Source: Acidimicrobiia bacterium
GTDB taxonomy: Bacteria > Actinomycetota > Acidimicrobiia > Spongiisociales > ZC4RG35
DNA: 61,892 nucleotides
Reading direction: 5' to 3'
Assembly: GCA_009377435.1 (NCBI GenBank)
Contig: WHUC01000002.1
Coordinates: 1-61,892, forward strand
The notes under the pieces are model-generated. The model did no database searches. It saw only the letters and a program-made list of their open reading frames with translations, and was not told the origin of the DNA. A program made the position numbers and the translations under genes. Below are positions 26,057 through 37,746 of this stretch, one piece after another. Within the stretch, counting starts at the first letter, position 1, and the number at the start of each line of letters is the position of its first letter.

Positions 26057-26257
26057 GGATGTGTGACATGTGTTTCACAACGGTCTCATAGGAGGCTGGT
26101 GTTGAATGCCGTTGTGCAGATCGGCGGCCAGGCGCGCCGCTGGCAAGGACACAGGACGACGGCGCACCCGGTGCGGTGCGGCTAGGACGAGGACGCAGCC
26201 AGCGGTGATGACTGGTCGTCGAGATGTGCGACATGTGTTTGACACCAGCCTCCTAGC
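26057..26257. repeat. Repeat family A, copy 2 (full element about 26088-26257) preceded by a ~30-nt fragment of the element 3' end
   Basis: TAGGAGGCTGGTGT ... ACACCAGCCTCCTA terminal repeats. The upstream fragment GGGATGTGTGACATGTGTTTCACAACGGTCTCATAGG matches the 3' end of the element. Confidence 0.8.
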
Positions 26258-26776
26258 CTATCGCCCCGACAGCAGAGCCCGTGTCTTTGGTGGGGTGTCG
26301 GCGGCCCTGAGGAGATCCCACGATTCGGGGTCGATCGAGTCCGGCCGTTCGGCGGTGTGGAATCGGGCGAAGTCGACGACGATGTCATCGGTGTCTCGGT
26401 TGGCGAGCTCGTCGGCGCCTATGGGGCCGTGGTTGCGATGGATACGGAAGGAGTTTCCCCCTCTGATCCCCATCTGTTCGGCAAGGGTCGCCGCCACCCG
26501 ACCGAACACACCTAGACCACTATGCCGTTTCCCGATGTCGTGGAGCAGCACCGCTGGTGCGAGATCGGCCCGGCCGGCGGCAACCACGTGGAGTGCACCG
26601 CGGTAGGCGTGTCTCTGGTCGGCTGTTGGCTGCTCGCGGAAAAGCTCGAACAGATCCGGATCGAGCCAGCGGGCGATCGCGGCCCGCTCGGTGGAATCGA
26701 GGGGTTTAGAGAGGGCCACATCGAAAAATCGTGCGACCAGATGGAATGGAGCTCGCGTCATCGCGCCGAAGCGCAC
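26258..26776 (-). CDS. HD-domain phosphohydrolase
   Basis: 172-aa ORF with HAYRGALHV...LLHDIGKRH (the H...HD motif). Confidence 0.7.
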   Translation of the reverse strand: MRFGAMTRAPFHLVARFFDVALSKPLDSTERAAIARWLDPDLFELFREQPTADQRHAYRGALHVVAAGRADLAPAVLLHDIGKRHSGLGVFGRVAATLAEQMGIRGGNSFRIHRNHGPIGADELANRDTDDIVVDFARFHTAERPDSIDPESWDLLRAADTPPKTRALLSGR

Positions 26777-27096
26777 TTCACACAGAGCGTCGCCTCGGGT
26801 CGTGCCTCGAGACGCTCGACAGCGATCTTCTCACCGCATTCCGAACAGATTCCGTAGGTTCCGTCTTCGACCCGCTGGAGGGCGTGGTCGATCGATTCCA
26901 GCTGATTGTGGAGGTTGTCGACGAGACCGAGGAGCTGGGTCCGGTCCGCAGTGGCGGCTGCGGCGTCGGCAAAGCCGTCCTCCCGTTCGAGATCGCTGCG
27001 GAGTTCGCCCGATTCGGAGGCACCGAGTTCCGCCATCTGGGCGACGATCTTGGCGCGGTGCTCATTGAGATGACTACGTGCCGAGTCGGTGTCCAT
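26758..27096 (-). CDS. TraR/DksA-family zinc-finger protein
   Basis: C-terminal CSECGEKIAVERLEARPEATLCVKC four-Cys finger after a coiled-coil region. Confidence 0.8.
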   Translation of the reverse strand: MDTDSARSHLNEHRAKIVAQMAELGASESGELRSDLEREDGFADAAAATADRTQLLGLVDNLHNQLESIDHALQRVEDGTYGICSECGEKIAVERLEARPEATLCVKCASAR

Positions 27097-27163
27097 GACC
27101 GGTTTCCTCCAAGGTTACGAAAAAGCGGGGACGGAGCCCCGCGGCACCATCAGTCTAGTGGGA

Positions 27164-29525
<2,362 letters not shown>

Positions 29526-29552
29526 TCGTCAGCGCCTCCAGCGCCTGACCGG

Positions 29553-30314
29553 TCACGCCTCCCAGTTGGGTTGGCGTTTCTCCAGGAACGCAGTCATGCC
29601 CTCCTGGGCGTCGGCGAGGGTGGCGTTGGAGGCCATGACCTTGCGGGTGATGTCGTAGGCGGTGGTCTCGTCAACGCCGATCTGGTCGTAGAAGGCCCGT
29701 TTCCCGATGCCGATCACCCGGCGACTGAATCTGAGGATGCTCTCGGCCAGTGCGTCGATCTCCTCGTCGAGACGATCGGCCGGGACGACCCGGTTGACCA
29801 GACCCCACTCCAACGCCGTGGCGGCGTCGATGGGCTCGCCGGTGAGCAACATCTCCATGGTGCGTTTCTGGCCCACGGCCCGACCGATGGGAACCATGGG
29901 GGTCGAGCAGAACAACCCGATCTTGACACCGGGTGTGGCGAACCTCGCCTCCTCGACCGCCACGGCGAGATCACAGGAGGCGACGAGCTGGCACCCGGCG
30001 GCGGTGGCCGTGCCGTGCACCCGCGCTATCACCGGTTGGGGTATCCGGCGGATGGTGAGCATCAGGTCGGTGCAGCGGTCGAACAACTCCTGGTAGAAGC
30101 CGGGATCGCGGTCGATCATCTCACCGAGGTCGTGACCGGCGGAGAACACCGGCCCATCGCCCCCGAGTACTACCAGTTCGGTAGTCTCGGGCAGATCGGT
30201 CAGCTCCTTCTCCAAACGTTGCATCAGATCGAAGCTGAGTGCGTTTCGCCGCTCGGGGCGGGACATCCACACCCTGGCGACAGCACCCTCATGTTCGGTC
30301 CGGATGAGTTCCAT
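29553..30314 (-). CDS. Enoyl-CoA hydratase/isomerase family protein
   Basis: 253-aa ORF with crotonase-fold motifs (VVLGGDGPVFSAGHDL, ATPGVKIGLF). Confidence 0.85.
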   Translation of the reverse strand: MELIRTEHEGAVARVWMSRPERRNALSFDLMQRLEKELTDLPETTELVVLGGDGPVFSAGHDLGEMIDRDPGFYQELFDRCTDLMLTIRRIPQPVIARVHGTATAAGCQLVASCDLAVAVEEARFATPGVKIGLFCSTPMVPIGRAVGQKRTMEMLLTGEPIDAATALEWGLVNRVVPADRLDEEIDALAESILRFSRRVIGIGKRAFYDQIGVDETTAYDITRKVMASNATLADAQEGMTAFLEKRQPNWEA

Positions 30315-30341
30315 GGCACCAACTTTACCCGGTGTCCCTCC

Positions 30342-31293
30342 CTACCTGCCCAGCTCGGCCAGCCGCCGCTCGAGCAAGCGCCGCTCGGCGTCGTCGTGGA
30401 CCAGCGCTAGCGCACGGCGGTAGGCGCGGCGGGCATCTGCAGTGCGACCGAGGCGGCGCAGCAACTCGCCCCGCGTCGAGTGCAGGTAGCGGTAGTCCTC
30501 GAGGGCGAGACGATCGACGATGTCGAGCCCCGCCTCGGGACCCTGCTCCTCGGCGACCGCGATGGCCCTGTTCAACTCGACGACCGGCGAGTCGGTGAGG
30601 CGGGCAAGCTCGCCGTAGAGGGCGGCCGATCTGGGGCCAGTCGCACGGCTCGTCGGGCATCAGCTCGGCGAGCGCCCGTCCGAGCCGGAGCGCCTCGGCC
30701 GCCAGCTCGCCTCGGCCACCGTAACCCTCGTTGAAGATCAGATAGACGACCGCGAGCACGGCGACGAGCCGGTCGGGCAGCAGGTGGTCGGGAGGCACCC
30801 GGAACGGGATCCCGGCGGCCTTGATCTTGCGCTTGGCCCGCACCAGCCGCTGCGCCATCGTAGGCTCGGGGACCAAGAAGGCGCGGGCGATCTCGCCAGT
30901 GGTCAGGCCGCCGAGCGTTCGCAGCGTGAGAGCGACCTGCGCGTCGACGGCGAGTGCCGGATGACAGCAGGTGAAGACGAGTTCGAGTCGCTCGTCTGGG
31001 AAGGTGGTCGGGTCCACCCTGTCCTCCGCTGTCTCGGGCACCTGGAGCAGGCGGGTCTTCGCCGCCAGCGTGCGATCGCGGCGGATGCGATCGATGGCTC
31101 GGTTGCGCGCCGTCGTCACCAGCCAGGCACCCGGGTTGGCGGGGGTTCCGTGGCGCGGCCAGCGCTCCGCGGCGATCGCGAAGGCCTCCTGCGCGGCTTC
31201 CTCGGCGAGGTCGAAGTCGCCGAGGGAGCCGATCAACGCCGCGAGAACACGTCCCCACTGGTCACGGAAAGCCTGTTCGAGGGTCGCTACCAC
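30342..31293 (-). pseudogene. COG4941-type ECF-like sigma factor, internally shortened and frameshifted
   Basis: The sigma region is intact from GTG 31293 ([16 protein letters not shown]...LIFNEGY...LAELMPDEP). It then jumps straight to DWPQI, and a +1 shift near 30627 moves the conserved tail ([34 protein letters not shown]...) into the frame of track ORF 30342..30575. Confidence 0.6.
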
Positions 31294-31646
31294 TCCACGA
31301 TCGGACGCACCTCGATCGCGCCGCCCAGGCGGGCCGCCGGGATCCGCGCCGCCAGCTCGATCGCGGCGTCGAGGTCGTCGGCCTCGAACAGGAGGTAGCC
31401 GCCGATCGCCTCTTTGATCTCGACGAACGGTCCGTCGGTGGTCAGCGTCTTGCCGTCCTGCACCCGCACGGTGGTTGCCGTCTCGGGAGAGTCGAGCTGG
31501 AGGCCGGGGCTGACGCCCGGGGTCTCGTTGATCGCCTGGTAGTCGGCGTATACAGCCTTCTGCTCGTCCCCCGAAAGGCTGGCCCACTCGTCCGGCGACC
31601 GTGGCGTCGGGGTGTCGCCTTGATGGATCAGCATCATGTACTTCAT
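31287..31646 (-). CDS. YciI-family (DGPF-domain) protein
   Basis: 119-aa [11 protein letters not shown]...[34 protein letters not shown]...IEVRPI. Confidence 0.8.
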   Translation of the reverse strand: MKYMMLIHQGDTPTPRSPDEWASLSGDEQKAVYADYQAINETPGVSPGLQLDSPETATTVRVQDGKTLTTDGPFVEIKEAIGGYLLFEADDLDAAIELAARIPAARLGGAIEVRPIVEW

Positions 31647-31737
31647 AGCTTCCTCCTTTAGGGGAATGGTTGCCTATAAGACGAACGGGGAGCGACGCAA
31701 TCGACAGCTCCGCGCCAAAAAGCCGAAGACTTCCAAC

Positions 31738-33339
31738 CTACCCGGTGCCGCCCCCTACCGCCCTGGCGAGAAGTTCTCGCGCTGTGTCCGAACCAGGTGT
31801 TGAATCGGGAAGACCGGCCAGCATCCGGGTGACCTCCTCCACCCGGCTCTCTCCATCGACCGCTTCCACCCTGGCCTCGGTACCTTCCCTGATCACGACG
31901 AGATGACGGTCGGCCCACGCCGCCACCTGGGGGAGGTGGGTCACACACAGGACCTGGGAATCGACGGCGAGGGCGGCCAGCTTCTCCCCCAGCACCAGGG
32001 CGGTGGTCCCGCCGACACCGGAGTCGATCTCGTCGAAGATCATGGTGGTGCGCTCCGACGCCCCCGCCGCCAAGCGGAGGGACAGAACGAGACGGCTCAA
32101 CTCACCACCGGAGGCGACCTCGGCGATGGGCCCGGGCCGTAGCCGCTTATCGGAGGCGAACATGATCACGGGTCGGTCGGCACCCGTGGCGGTGGGCTCG
32201 GTGTGCTCCATCTCGATGGTGACCATGGGATCGGTGAACCCGAGATCGCGCAGATGGGATAAGGCGTTGTCGGTTATGCGACGGGCGGTGACGACACGTT
32301 CCTGGGAGAGCGCCTCGGCCCGGTCCCCTACCTCGACGGCCGTCCGGGTGAGGTCGGCATCAAGGCTCTCGGCCCGATCGATGAGCCCGGAGAGGTGGTC
32401 GTGGCGCTCTCCCGCCGTCGCCCGAAAGACAAACACCTCGTCGAGGGTTCGCCCGTACTTGCGTCTCAGGTCACCGAGCAGGGTAAGTTGTCGGTCGACC
32501 TCGTCGAGACCCGCCGGCTCCTCGGCCTCGGCGAGGTCCCGCATTGTGGTGAGCAGATCGGACATCTCCGCACCGAGACCGTCGAGACGGTTCTCGGCTT
32601 CGCCGAGACGGGGATCGATGGCGCCGAGCTTGCGGATCTCGGAGATCATCATCCCCACCAGATCGGCCACCTGCTCACCGGTCTGGTGCACGCTCGTCAG
32701 ACCGTGCCGCAACGTTTCCAGGTTGCGGAGACGGGTCGCGACCGTCTCGAGACGCTCATCGTCACCGGGGGCGAGCCCGGATTCGTCGATCTCGATCATC
32801 TGGAAGGCCAACAGATCGAGCTCCCGGGTGAGGGCCCTGGGGTCGCCACCCAACTCGTCACGCATCTGCTCCAGCGATTGGAGTCGCTCCCAGGCCTCCC
32901 GGTATGCCATCAAGGCGGTCACGCCGCGGTCATCGAGGGCCTCATCGATCAGACCGCGCACCGCGGTGGGTTTGGTGAGCGCGAGATGGTCATGCTGGCC
33001 GATTACGGCAACATCGGCGCCGATCCTCTCCGAGAGTGTCGCCGTCGAGGCGAGACGACCGTCGAGATAGGAGGCGCTCCTCCCCTCCCCGGGCACGACG
33101 CGGCTGGCGACCACCTCGCCCTCATCGGTGCGGAAACGTCCGTCGACGACGATCTCGTCTCCGTATGGGCCGACGAGCTCGCTGTGGGGCCCCTCGCCGA
33201 GTAGCAGTCGGATTGCCCCCAAGAGGAGGGTCTTCCCGGTGCCGGTCTCCCCGGTGATCACCGTGAGCCCGTCCGCGGGTCGAAACCGCGCCTCGGGGAT
33301 CACACCGAGATTTCTCACCAACAGCTCGTCGAGCATCAT
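31738..33339 (-). CDS. recN: DNA repair protein RecN
   Basis: Walker A ITGETGTGKTLLLGAI, a long coiled-coil middle, and the signature/Walker B SGGELSRLVLSL...MIFDEID. Confidence 0.9.
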   Translation of the reverse strand: MMLDELLVRNLGVIPEARFRPADGLTVITGETGTGKTLLLGAIRLLLGEGPHSELVGPYGDEIVVDGRFRTDEGEVVASRVVPGEGRSASYLDGRLASTATLSERIGADVAVIGQHDHLALTKPTAVRGLIDEALDDRGVTALMAYREAWERLQSLEQMRDELGGDPRALTRELDLLAFQMIEIDESGLAPGDDERLETVATRLRNLETLRHGLTSVHQTGEQVADLVGMMISEIRKLGAIDPRLGEAENRLDGLGAEMSDLLTTMRDLAEAEEPAGLDEVDRQLTLLGDLRRKYGRTLDEVFVFRATAGERHDHLSGLIDRAESLDADLTRTAVEVGDRAEALSQERVVTARRITDNALSHLRDLGFTDPMVTIEMEHTEPTATGADRPVIMFASDKRLRPGPIAEVASGGELSRLVLSLRLAAGASERTTMIFDEIDSGVGGTTALVLGEKLAALAVDSQVLCVTHLPQVAAWADRHLVVIREGTEARVEAVDGESRVEEVTRMLAGLPDSTPGSDTARELLARAVGGGTG

Positions 33340-33389
33340 GGATTGTTCCGGTGGCGGTTGAACGGATGCATGTCACACCACGACGCCAT

Positions 33390-34163
33390 TCAACCGTCTC
33401 CTATACCGAACTTCTCGGTGACCGCCGCCGGGAAGCTGGTCTTTGTCACGCCGAGGAAACGGACACGACGAGTTGCGGTACGGACCTCCACCGAGTCGTT
33501 TTCCTCGAGGACACCGAGATCGACCTTGTCGACCGAGACCCTCACCGGTCGGTCCCGTTCGACGGTCACCTTCAGGACGCGTTCGGGTGGGAGGACCAGG
33601 GTCCTGTCGAAGAGGGAATGGGCGGCCACCGGGCTGAGGAGGATGGTCTCGACCTCGGGGTCGACGAGTGGTCCGCCCGCGGAGAAGGTGTATGCGGTCG
33701 AACCGGTGGGGGTGGCGACGATCAGACCGTCACAACGATAGGTGAGGAACGGCTCATCGTCGATGGCGACACGGAGATGGACCAGACGTTGGCTGTCGAT
33801 CTTCTCGATGACGACGTCGTTGAGACCGACCGCCGTCCTGTCGCCGGCCGTCGCCTCGATGGCGCTTCTCTCGGTGATGGTGAAGTTGTCGGTGGCGAGG
33901 GCCTCGGCGACCCGGTCGATGTCGCTCACATCGGCGGAGGAGAGAAAGCCGATTGTCCCCAGGTTGAACCCGAGCACGGGCACGTTCGCAACCAGGGCGC
34001 GTTGCACCGCGGCGAGCATGGTGCCGTCGCCCCCCAGGGCCACCACGAGGTCGGGCTCGCCCTCCACGGACAAACCCGCTGCGATGAGGCGCTCGGTGAA
34101 GATATCGGCGAACTCGCGGGCGTTCTCCCGGGATTCGTGGACGATCAACTCGACACGTTTCAT
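33390..34163 (-). CDS. nadK: NAD kinase
   Basis: VVALGGDGTML motif and the NadK C-terminal domain. Confidence 0.9.
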   Translation of the reverse strand: MKRVELIVHESRENAREFADIFTERLIAAGLSVEGEPDLVVALGGDGTMLAAVQRALVANVPVLGFNLGTIGFLSSADVSDIDRVAEALATDNFTITERSAIEATAGDRTAVGLNDVVIEKIDSQRLVHLRVAIDDEPFLTYRCDGLIVATPTGSTAYTFSAGGPLVDPEVETILLSPVAAHSLFDRTLVLPPERVLKVTVERDRPVRVSVDKVDLGVLEENDSVEVRTATRRVRFLGVTKTSFPAAVTEKFGIGDG

Positions 34164-34222
34164 CGTCGACGGGTACCGGGGGGATAAGCGACCTGCATCT
34201 TCACCGGCCTCCTCAAGACGAT

Positions 34223-34438
34223 TCAGACGGTCTCTACCCCGTCGAGCAGCCCGGAGAGGGTTGCCGCCAGCTCGGAGGCGATGTCGGCCGCCTCGGGGGC
34301 ATCCACCGTGCCCAGTTGTTCGATCCGCTCCTCGAGATCGGTGGTCAGTTCGGTGTCGTCGCGGTCAGCGGGCAGGGTGCTGTCTGTCTCCATATGTCCA
34401 TCTTCCCATACCGCCTCCGGGGGTTCATGCCTTTTCAC
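34223..34438 (-). CDS. Small acidic hypothetical protein (Rv1693-like position)
   Basis: 71-aa ORF (or 56 aa from Met16 at 34393), D/E-rich. Sits between the HAD gene and nadK, as the small Rv1693 gene does in M. tuberculosis. Confidence 0.4.
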   Translation of the reverse strand: MKRHEPPEAVWEDGHMETDSTLPADRDDTELTTDLEERIEQLGTVDAPEAADIASELAATLSGLLDGVETV

Positions 34439-35219
34439 CCAGCAGACCGTCGACCGCCGACGCCAGGTCGGATGCCACCCGGTCCGGAGGTGGCACCGCC
34501 GAGTGGGGATCGGTGGTCACCCCGGTGAGCACCAACGTCGAGGACCACCCCTGCTCGGTCGCCGCCAGGGCGATGTCGGTGTCGGGTCGGTCACCGATGA
34601 CATGGACCGGGCTGTCTGCCGGGATGCCCCGTTCCTGCATCGACTCCCTGATCAGGGCGCGCATCGGGGGGTGGGGTTTACCCGCCGATTGGGGGATCAC
34701 TCCGGTGGTGGCGGTGATCACCCCGGCGAGGGCGCCGGCCCCGGGCCACTTTCCATCCGGTGTCGGGAAGCTCGCGTCCAGATTGCTGGCCAGAAACCTC
34801 GCTCCCTTCTCGACCGCCAACGAGGCATCCCGGAGGGTGGCGTAGCCGGCGGAGATGTCGAGACCGCACACCACGGCCTCCGGGTTGTCGGAGACGACGA
34901 CACCTCCCTGCTCCACGATCGCTCCCACCAGCGCCTCATTCCCGATCACCATCACCCGCTCGCCGGGTCGGATCAGCCGGGCCACCGCCACCGCCGAGGT
35001 GAGGATATCGCCGTGTGGTGTCTCGATCCCGGTGACCCGAGCCAGCTTCGCCGTCACCTGGGCCGGGGTTCTCGTGGCGTTGTTGGTGCAGAAGAACACC
35101 GTCCAACCGGCACTGCGGAGCCGACCAATCGCGTCGGCCGATCCGGGGATCGGGTCGCTCCCCAGGTAGATGACCCCGTCGAGATCGCAGATGGCGACCC
35201 GGCGGCTACGAGGTGACAC
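34425..35219 (-). CDS. HAD-superfamily hydrolase, subfamily IIA (NagD-like)
   Basis: CDLDGVIYLG (DxD motif), FCTNN, and a C-terminal GDRPDTD motif. Confidence 0.8.
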   Translation of the reverse strand: MSPRSRRVAICDLDGVIYLGSDPIPGSADAIGRLRSAGWTVFFCTNNATRTPAQVTAKLARVTGIETPHGDILTSAVAVARLIRPGERVMVIGNEALVGAIVEQGGVVVSDNPEAVVCGLDISAGYATLRDASLAVEKGARFLASNLDASFPTPDGKWPGAGALAGVITATTGVIPQSAGKPHPPMRALIRESMQERGIPADSPVHVIGDRPDTDIALAATEQGWSSTLVLTGVTTDPHSAVPPPDRVASDLASAVDGLLGEKA

Positions 35220-36537
35220 GGTTCCCGAGAGAGGTAATCAGGGTTTCGAGGAGACCAACGGTGCGGTCGATCGAGTCCACCGATATGCGCTCGTCCCTCC
35301 CGTGGAACAGCCGGAGGAACTCGCCGAAGGGTATGCGATCGTCATACAGACCCACTCCGTAGGCCGTGGTGCCCCGTGCCCTCCAGAAGCGGGCGTCTGT
35401 GGCGACAGTCATCAGCGTGGGGAGGATGTGGCGGCTTCCGGTCCTGTCCTCGTAGGCGTCACCGACCGCATCCCACAGGGCACCTTGGGTGGGACTGACC
35501 GTCGCCTCGTCGGTGGCGAGGGCATCCCATTCGACGTCGAGTCCGGAGAGGGTGGTCTTGAGATGCCGCTCGACGTCTCTTGCTGTCATCCCCGGGGGGA
35601 TGCGGATGTCCAACTCGGCCTCGGCGTGCTCGGCGATCACGTTCTGTTTGATCCCACCCGTCACCACATTGGGGCTCACCGTGAGATGGGTGGCGGCATG
35701 GAGATACCCGGCGAGACCAGGATCGGTGCCGGCGACCTCGTCGATACCCTCGTCGAGGCGGTCGGTGTTGGTCAGCGCATCGGCGAGGTCGTCATCGAGC
35801 CCGAGCCCGTGCACGAATGTGCTCCACTCCGTGGTGAGGCTGGTCGGGGTCGGGGAATCGAAGAGCCGACGCAACGCCTCACTCATCGGTTTGAGGGCAT
35901 TGTCGGCCCCGTAGGGTGCCGATCCGTGACCGGGGGTGCCGGTTGTCCTCAGGGTGCGCCACTGCGGGCCCTTCTCCCCCACCGAGACCGGGTGGGCGAG
36001 ACCATCATCAGCGGGGAACGATGGGTACGCCACCTCGGTGAGCAGATACTCGCCACCGACGAGATCCCAGTGCTCCTCGACGAGACGGGCCGCGCCATAT
36101 GTGCCGGAGTTCTCCTCATCTGCCACCGCGGCCAGCACTAGATCACCCGGGTAGGGATCGACCTCCCCACGGAGTCGTCTCCGAAAGATCTCGGTCATGG
36201 CGGCGGTGAGTCCGAGCATGTCGACTGCTCCTCTGCCCCAAACGAAGCCATCGGAAATCTCGGCGGCGAAAGGGTCGACCGACCAGCCTCCCGGGTCGGC
36301 GGGCACCACATCGAGATGGGGAAGCAGAACGAGGGTGGGTGCGTTCGGGTCCGCCCCCGGTGTGCGATAGATCGTCGACACCCTCCCGGGATGGGGCTCG
36401 AAGATGAACCCCTCCTCCCCGAGGTATCCGGCGAGGAGATCCGCACCCCGTCGCTCCTGGCCGCTGTCGGGGTCGCCATCGTTGACACACCCCGCCTTGA
36501 TCAGTTCGCGCAGCAGGGTGAGTGGTGTCTCGGCCAT
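35206..36537 (-). CDS. M20-family metallopeptidase (dipeptidase-like)
   Basis: Start at Met79 (MAETPLTLLRELI), 1 nt after the upstream stop. HLDVVPA and ADEENSG metal-binding motifs. Confidence 0.85.
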   Translation of the reverse strand: MAETPLTLLRELIKAGCVNDGDPDSGQERRGADLLAGYLGEEGFIFEPHPGRVSTIYRTPGADPNAPTLVLLPHLDVVPADPGGWSVDPFAAEISDGFVWGRGAVDMLGLTAAMTEIFRRRLRGEVDPYPGDLVLAAVADEENSGTYGAARLVEEHWDLVGGEYLLTEVAYPSFPADDGLAHPVSVGEKGPQWRTLRTTGTPGHGSAPYGADNALKPMSEALRRLFDSPTPTSLTTEWSTFVHGLGLDDDLADALTNTDRLDEGIDEVAGTDPGLAGYLHAATHLTVSPNVVTGGIKQNVIAEHAEAELDIRIPPGMTARDVERHLKTTLSGLDVEWDALATDEATVSPTQGALWDAVGDAYEDRTGSRHILPTLMTVATDARFWRARGTTAYGVGLYDDRIPFGEFLRLFHGRDERISVDSIDRTVGLLETLITSLGNRVTS

Positions 36538-36538
36538 C

Positions 36539-36961
36539 TCAGAGCTCTTCGAGCAGCTTGCGGACATTGACGATGAGCGCGCCCATTGTCGCGGTGAGCG
36601 GGAGCTCATGGACGGCGGCGAGCGGGACCCAGCGGGTCTCGGCAGCATCGTCGCCGGCAACGAGATCGCCCCCCATGGGCTTGCCGAGGAAGTCGGTGAG
36701 GGTGAAATGGTGGTCGGGCGGATCGCCCTCGCCGATGCTCTCCCCGACCCACACCACGGGGCCGATCTCACATAGGATGCCGGTCTCTTCCATCACCTCA
36801 CGACGGGCGGCGTCGTGGAGGGTCTCCCCGTACTCGACCTTCCCCCCGGGGATCGCCCATAGACCCGCCCGGGGGGCACGCCCCCGTCTCACCAGGAGTA
36901 TGTCGTCGCCCGAGACCACCGCCACCCCGACACCGGGGATCGGGTGGCGGTCAGGAGGCAC
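36539..36961 (-). CDS. NUDIX hydrolase
   Basis: Nudix box GGKVEYGETLHDAARREVMEETG. Confidence 0.85.
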   Translation of the reverse strand: MPPDRHPIPGVGVAVVSGDDILLVRRGRAPRAGLWAIPGGKVEYGETLHDAARREVMEETGILCEIGPVVWVGESIGEGDPPDHHFTLTDFLGKPMGGDLVAGDDAAETRWVPLAAVHELPLTATMGALIVNVRKLLEEL

Positions 36962-37433
36962 AGTCGGAGCAGATCAGCCTTCGCCGGTTGGCCAACTGGC
37001 TCGCCCTCTTCACAAGAAAGCACGAGCGGCACACGAACTCATCGGAGCGTGCCGCCTGGGCGTCCACATTCATGGTGAGCTCCTCACGACGAATCGCCCT
37101 CAACTCGGCGGCCTCGTCGACGAGCAGGGCCTCGCTGGCCTCCTCCTCGCTCAGCTCCAACTCCTCCGCCTCGAGATCCTCAAGGGCCTCCTCGGTTTCG
37201 TCATCGACATCGTCCGATTCCTTGGACTCCTGGGAATCCGTGTTCTCGTCGGTAACGAAGTCGTCCTCGTCATCGGAGTAATCGTCGTCGTCGGAGAACT
37301 CCTCGAACCCGTCGAGGTCGTCCTCGAGATCCTCGTCGAGGGTCTCCGGATCGAGCTCGGAGTCGTCGATGTCCTCGAGATCGTCAATGTCTTCGTCTAA
37401 GCCTTCCTCGGTGGTCATCGTCTCGTCTGGCAT
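36951..37433 (-). CDS. DUF4193-family protein (acidic N-terminus, C-terminal four-Cys motif)
   Basis: 160-aa ORF with a D/E-rich N-terminal 90 aa, then DEFVCRSCFLVKRASQLANRRRLICSDC, as in DUF4193. Confidence 0.75.
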   Translation of the reverse strand: MPDETMTTEEGLDEDIDDLEDIDDSELDPETLDEDLEDDLDGFEEFSDDDDYSDDEDDFVTDENTDSQESKESDDVDDETEEALEDLEAEELELSEEEASEALLVDEAAELRAIRREELTMNVDAQAARSDEFVCRSCFLVKRASQLANRRRLICSDCAS

Positions 37434-37519
37434 ATGCGGTCGGATTCCTCGTGTTTCTGCTGTTCGATTCTCTAAAACCTGTATTCCCGGTGTGGTGCGC
37501 CTACCCCGGTTCGGGCGGG

Positions 37520-37525
37520 ATTATA
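37520..37525 (-). promoter_or_regulatory. Candidate -10 box TATAAT upstream of the DUF4193 gene
   Basis: Minus strand reads ggttcaacgTATAATcccgcc, about 90 nt upstream of the ATG at 37433. A weak -35-like GGACA lies about 20 nt upstream. Confidence 0.35.
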
Positions 37526-37660
37526 CGTTGAACCGTCGCTGGGGGTGTCCGATTCCCAAGAGTTGGGTCGTGATCTGTTCCCGGGTCAATTGTGCCCCAG
37601 TGGTCTGTCGCCGAGACCACTAGCCACTCCGATGGCCCGGAGCGTACACGGCGTCGCCCC

Positions 37661-37693
37661 TTAAAGAAACGAGAAGGCAGCGCGCCCCTTCTC
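37661..37693 (-). terminator. Rho-independent terminator downstream of helY
   Basis: Minus strand GAGAAGGggcgcgctgCCTTCTC followed by GTTTCTTT, about 55 nt after the helY stop. Confidence 0.5.
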
Positions 37694-37746
37694 CTCTCAG
37701 ATCTTGAGCGTCAGCGCCCCCGGTATCACCTCGCCGGAGAGCGGCA

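Noticed and set aside
30325-31587. An intact 420-aa protein as listed in the ORF track.
   Set aside because: The first 98 aa overlap the YciI gene in another frame. The last ~100 aa ([17 protein letters not shown]...) are out of frame relative to the conserved sigma-factor tail, which is found in track ORF 30342..30575. Interpreted as a pseudogene.
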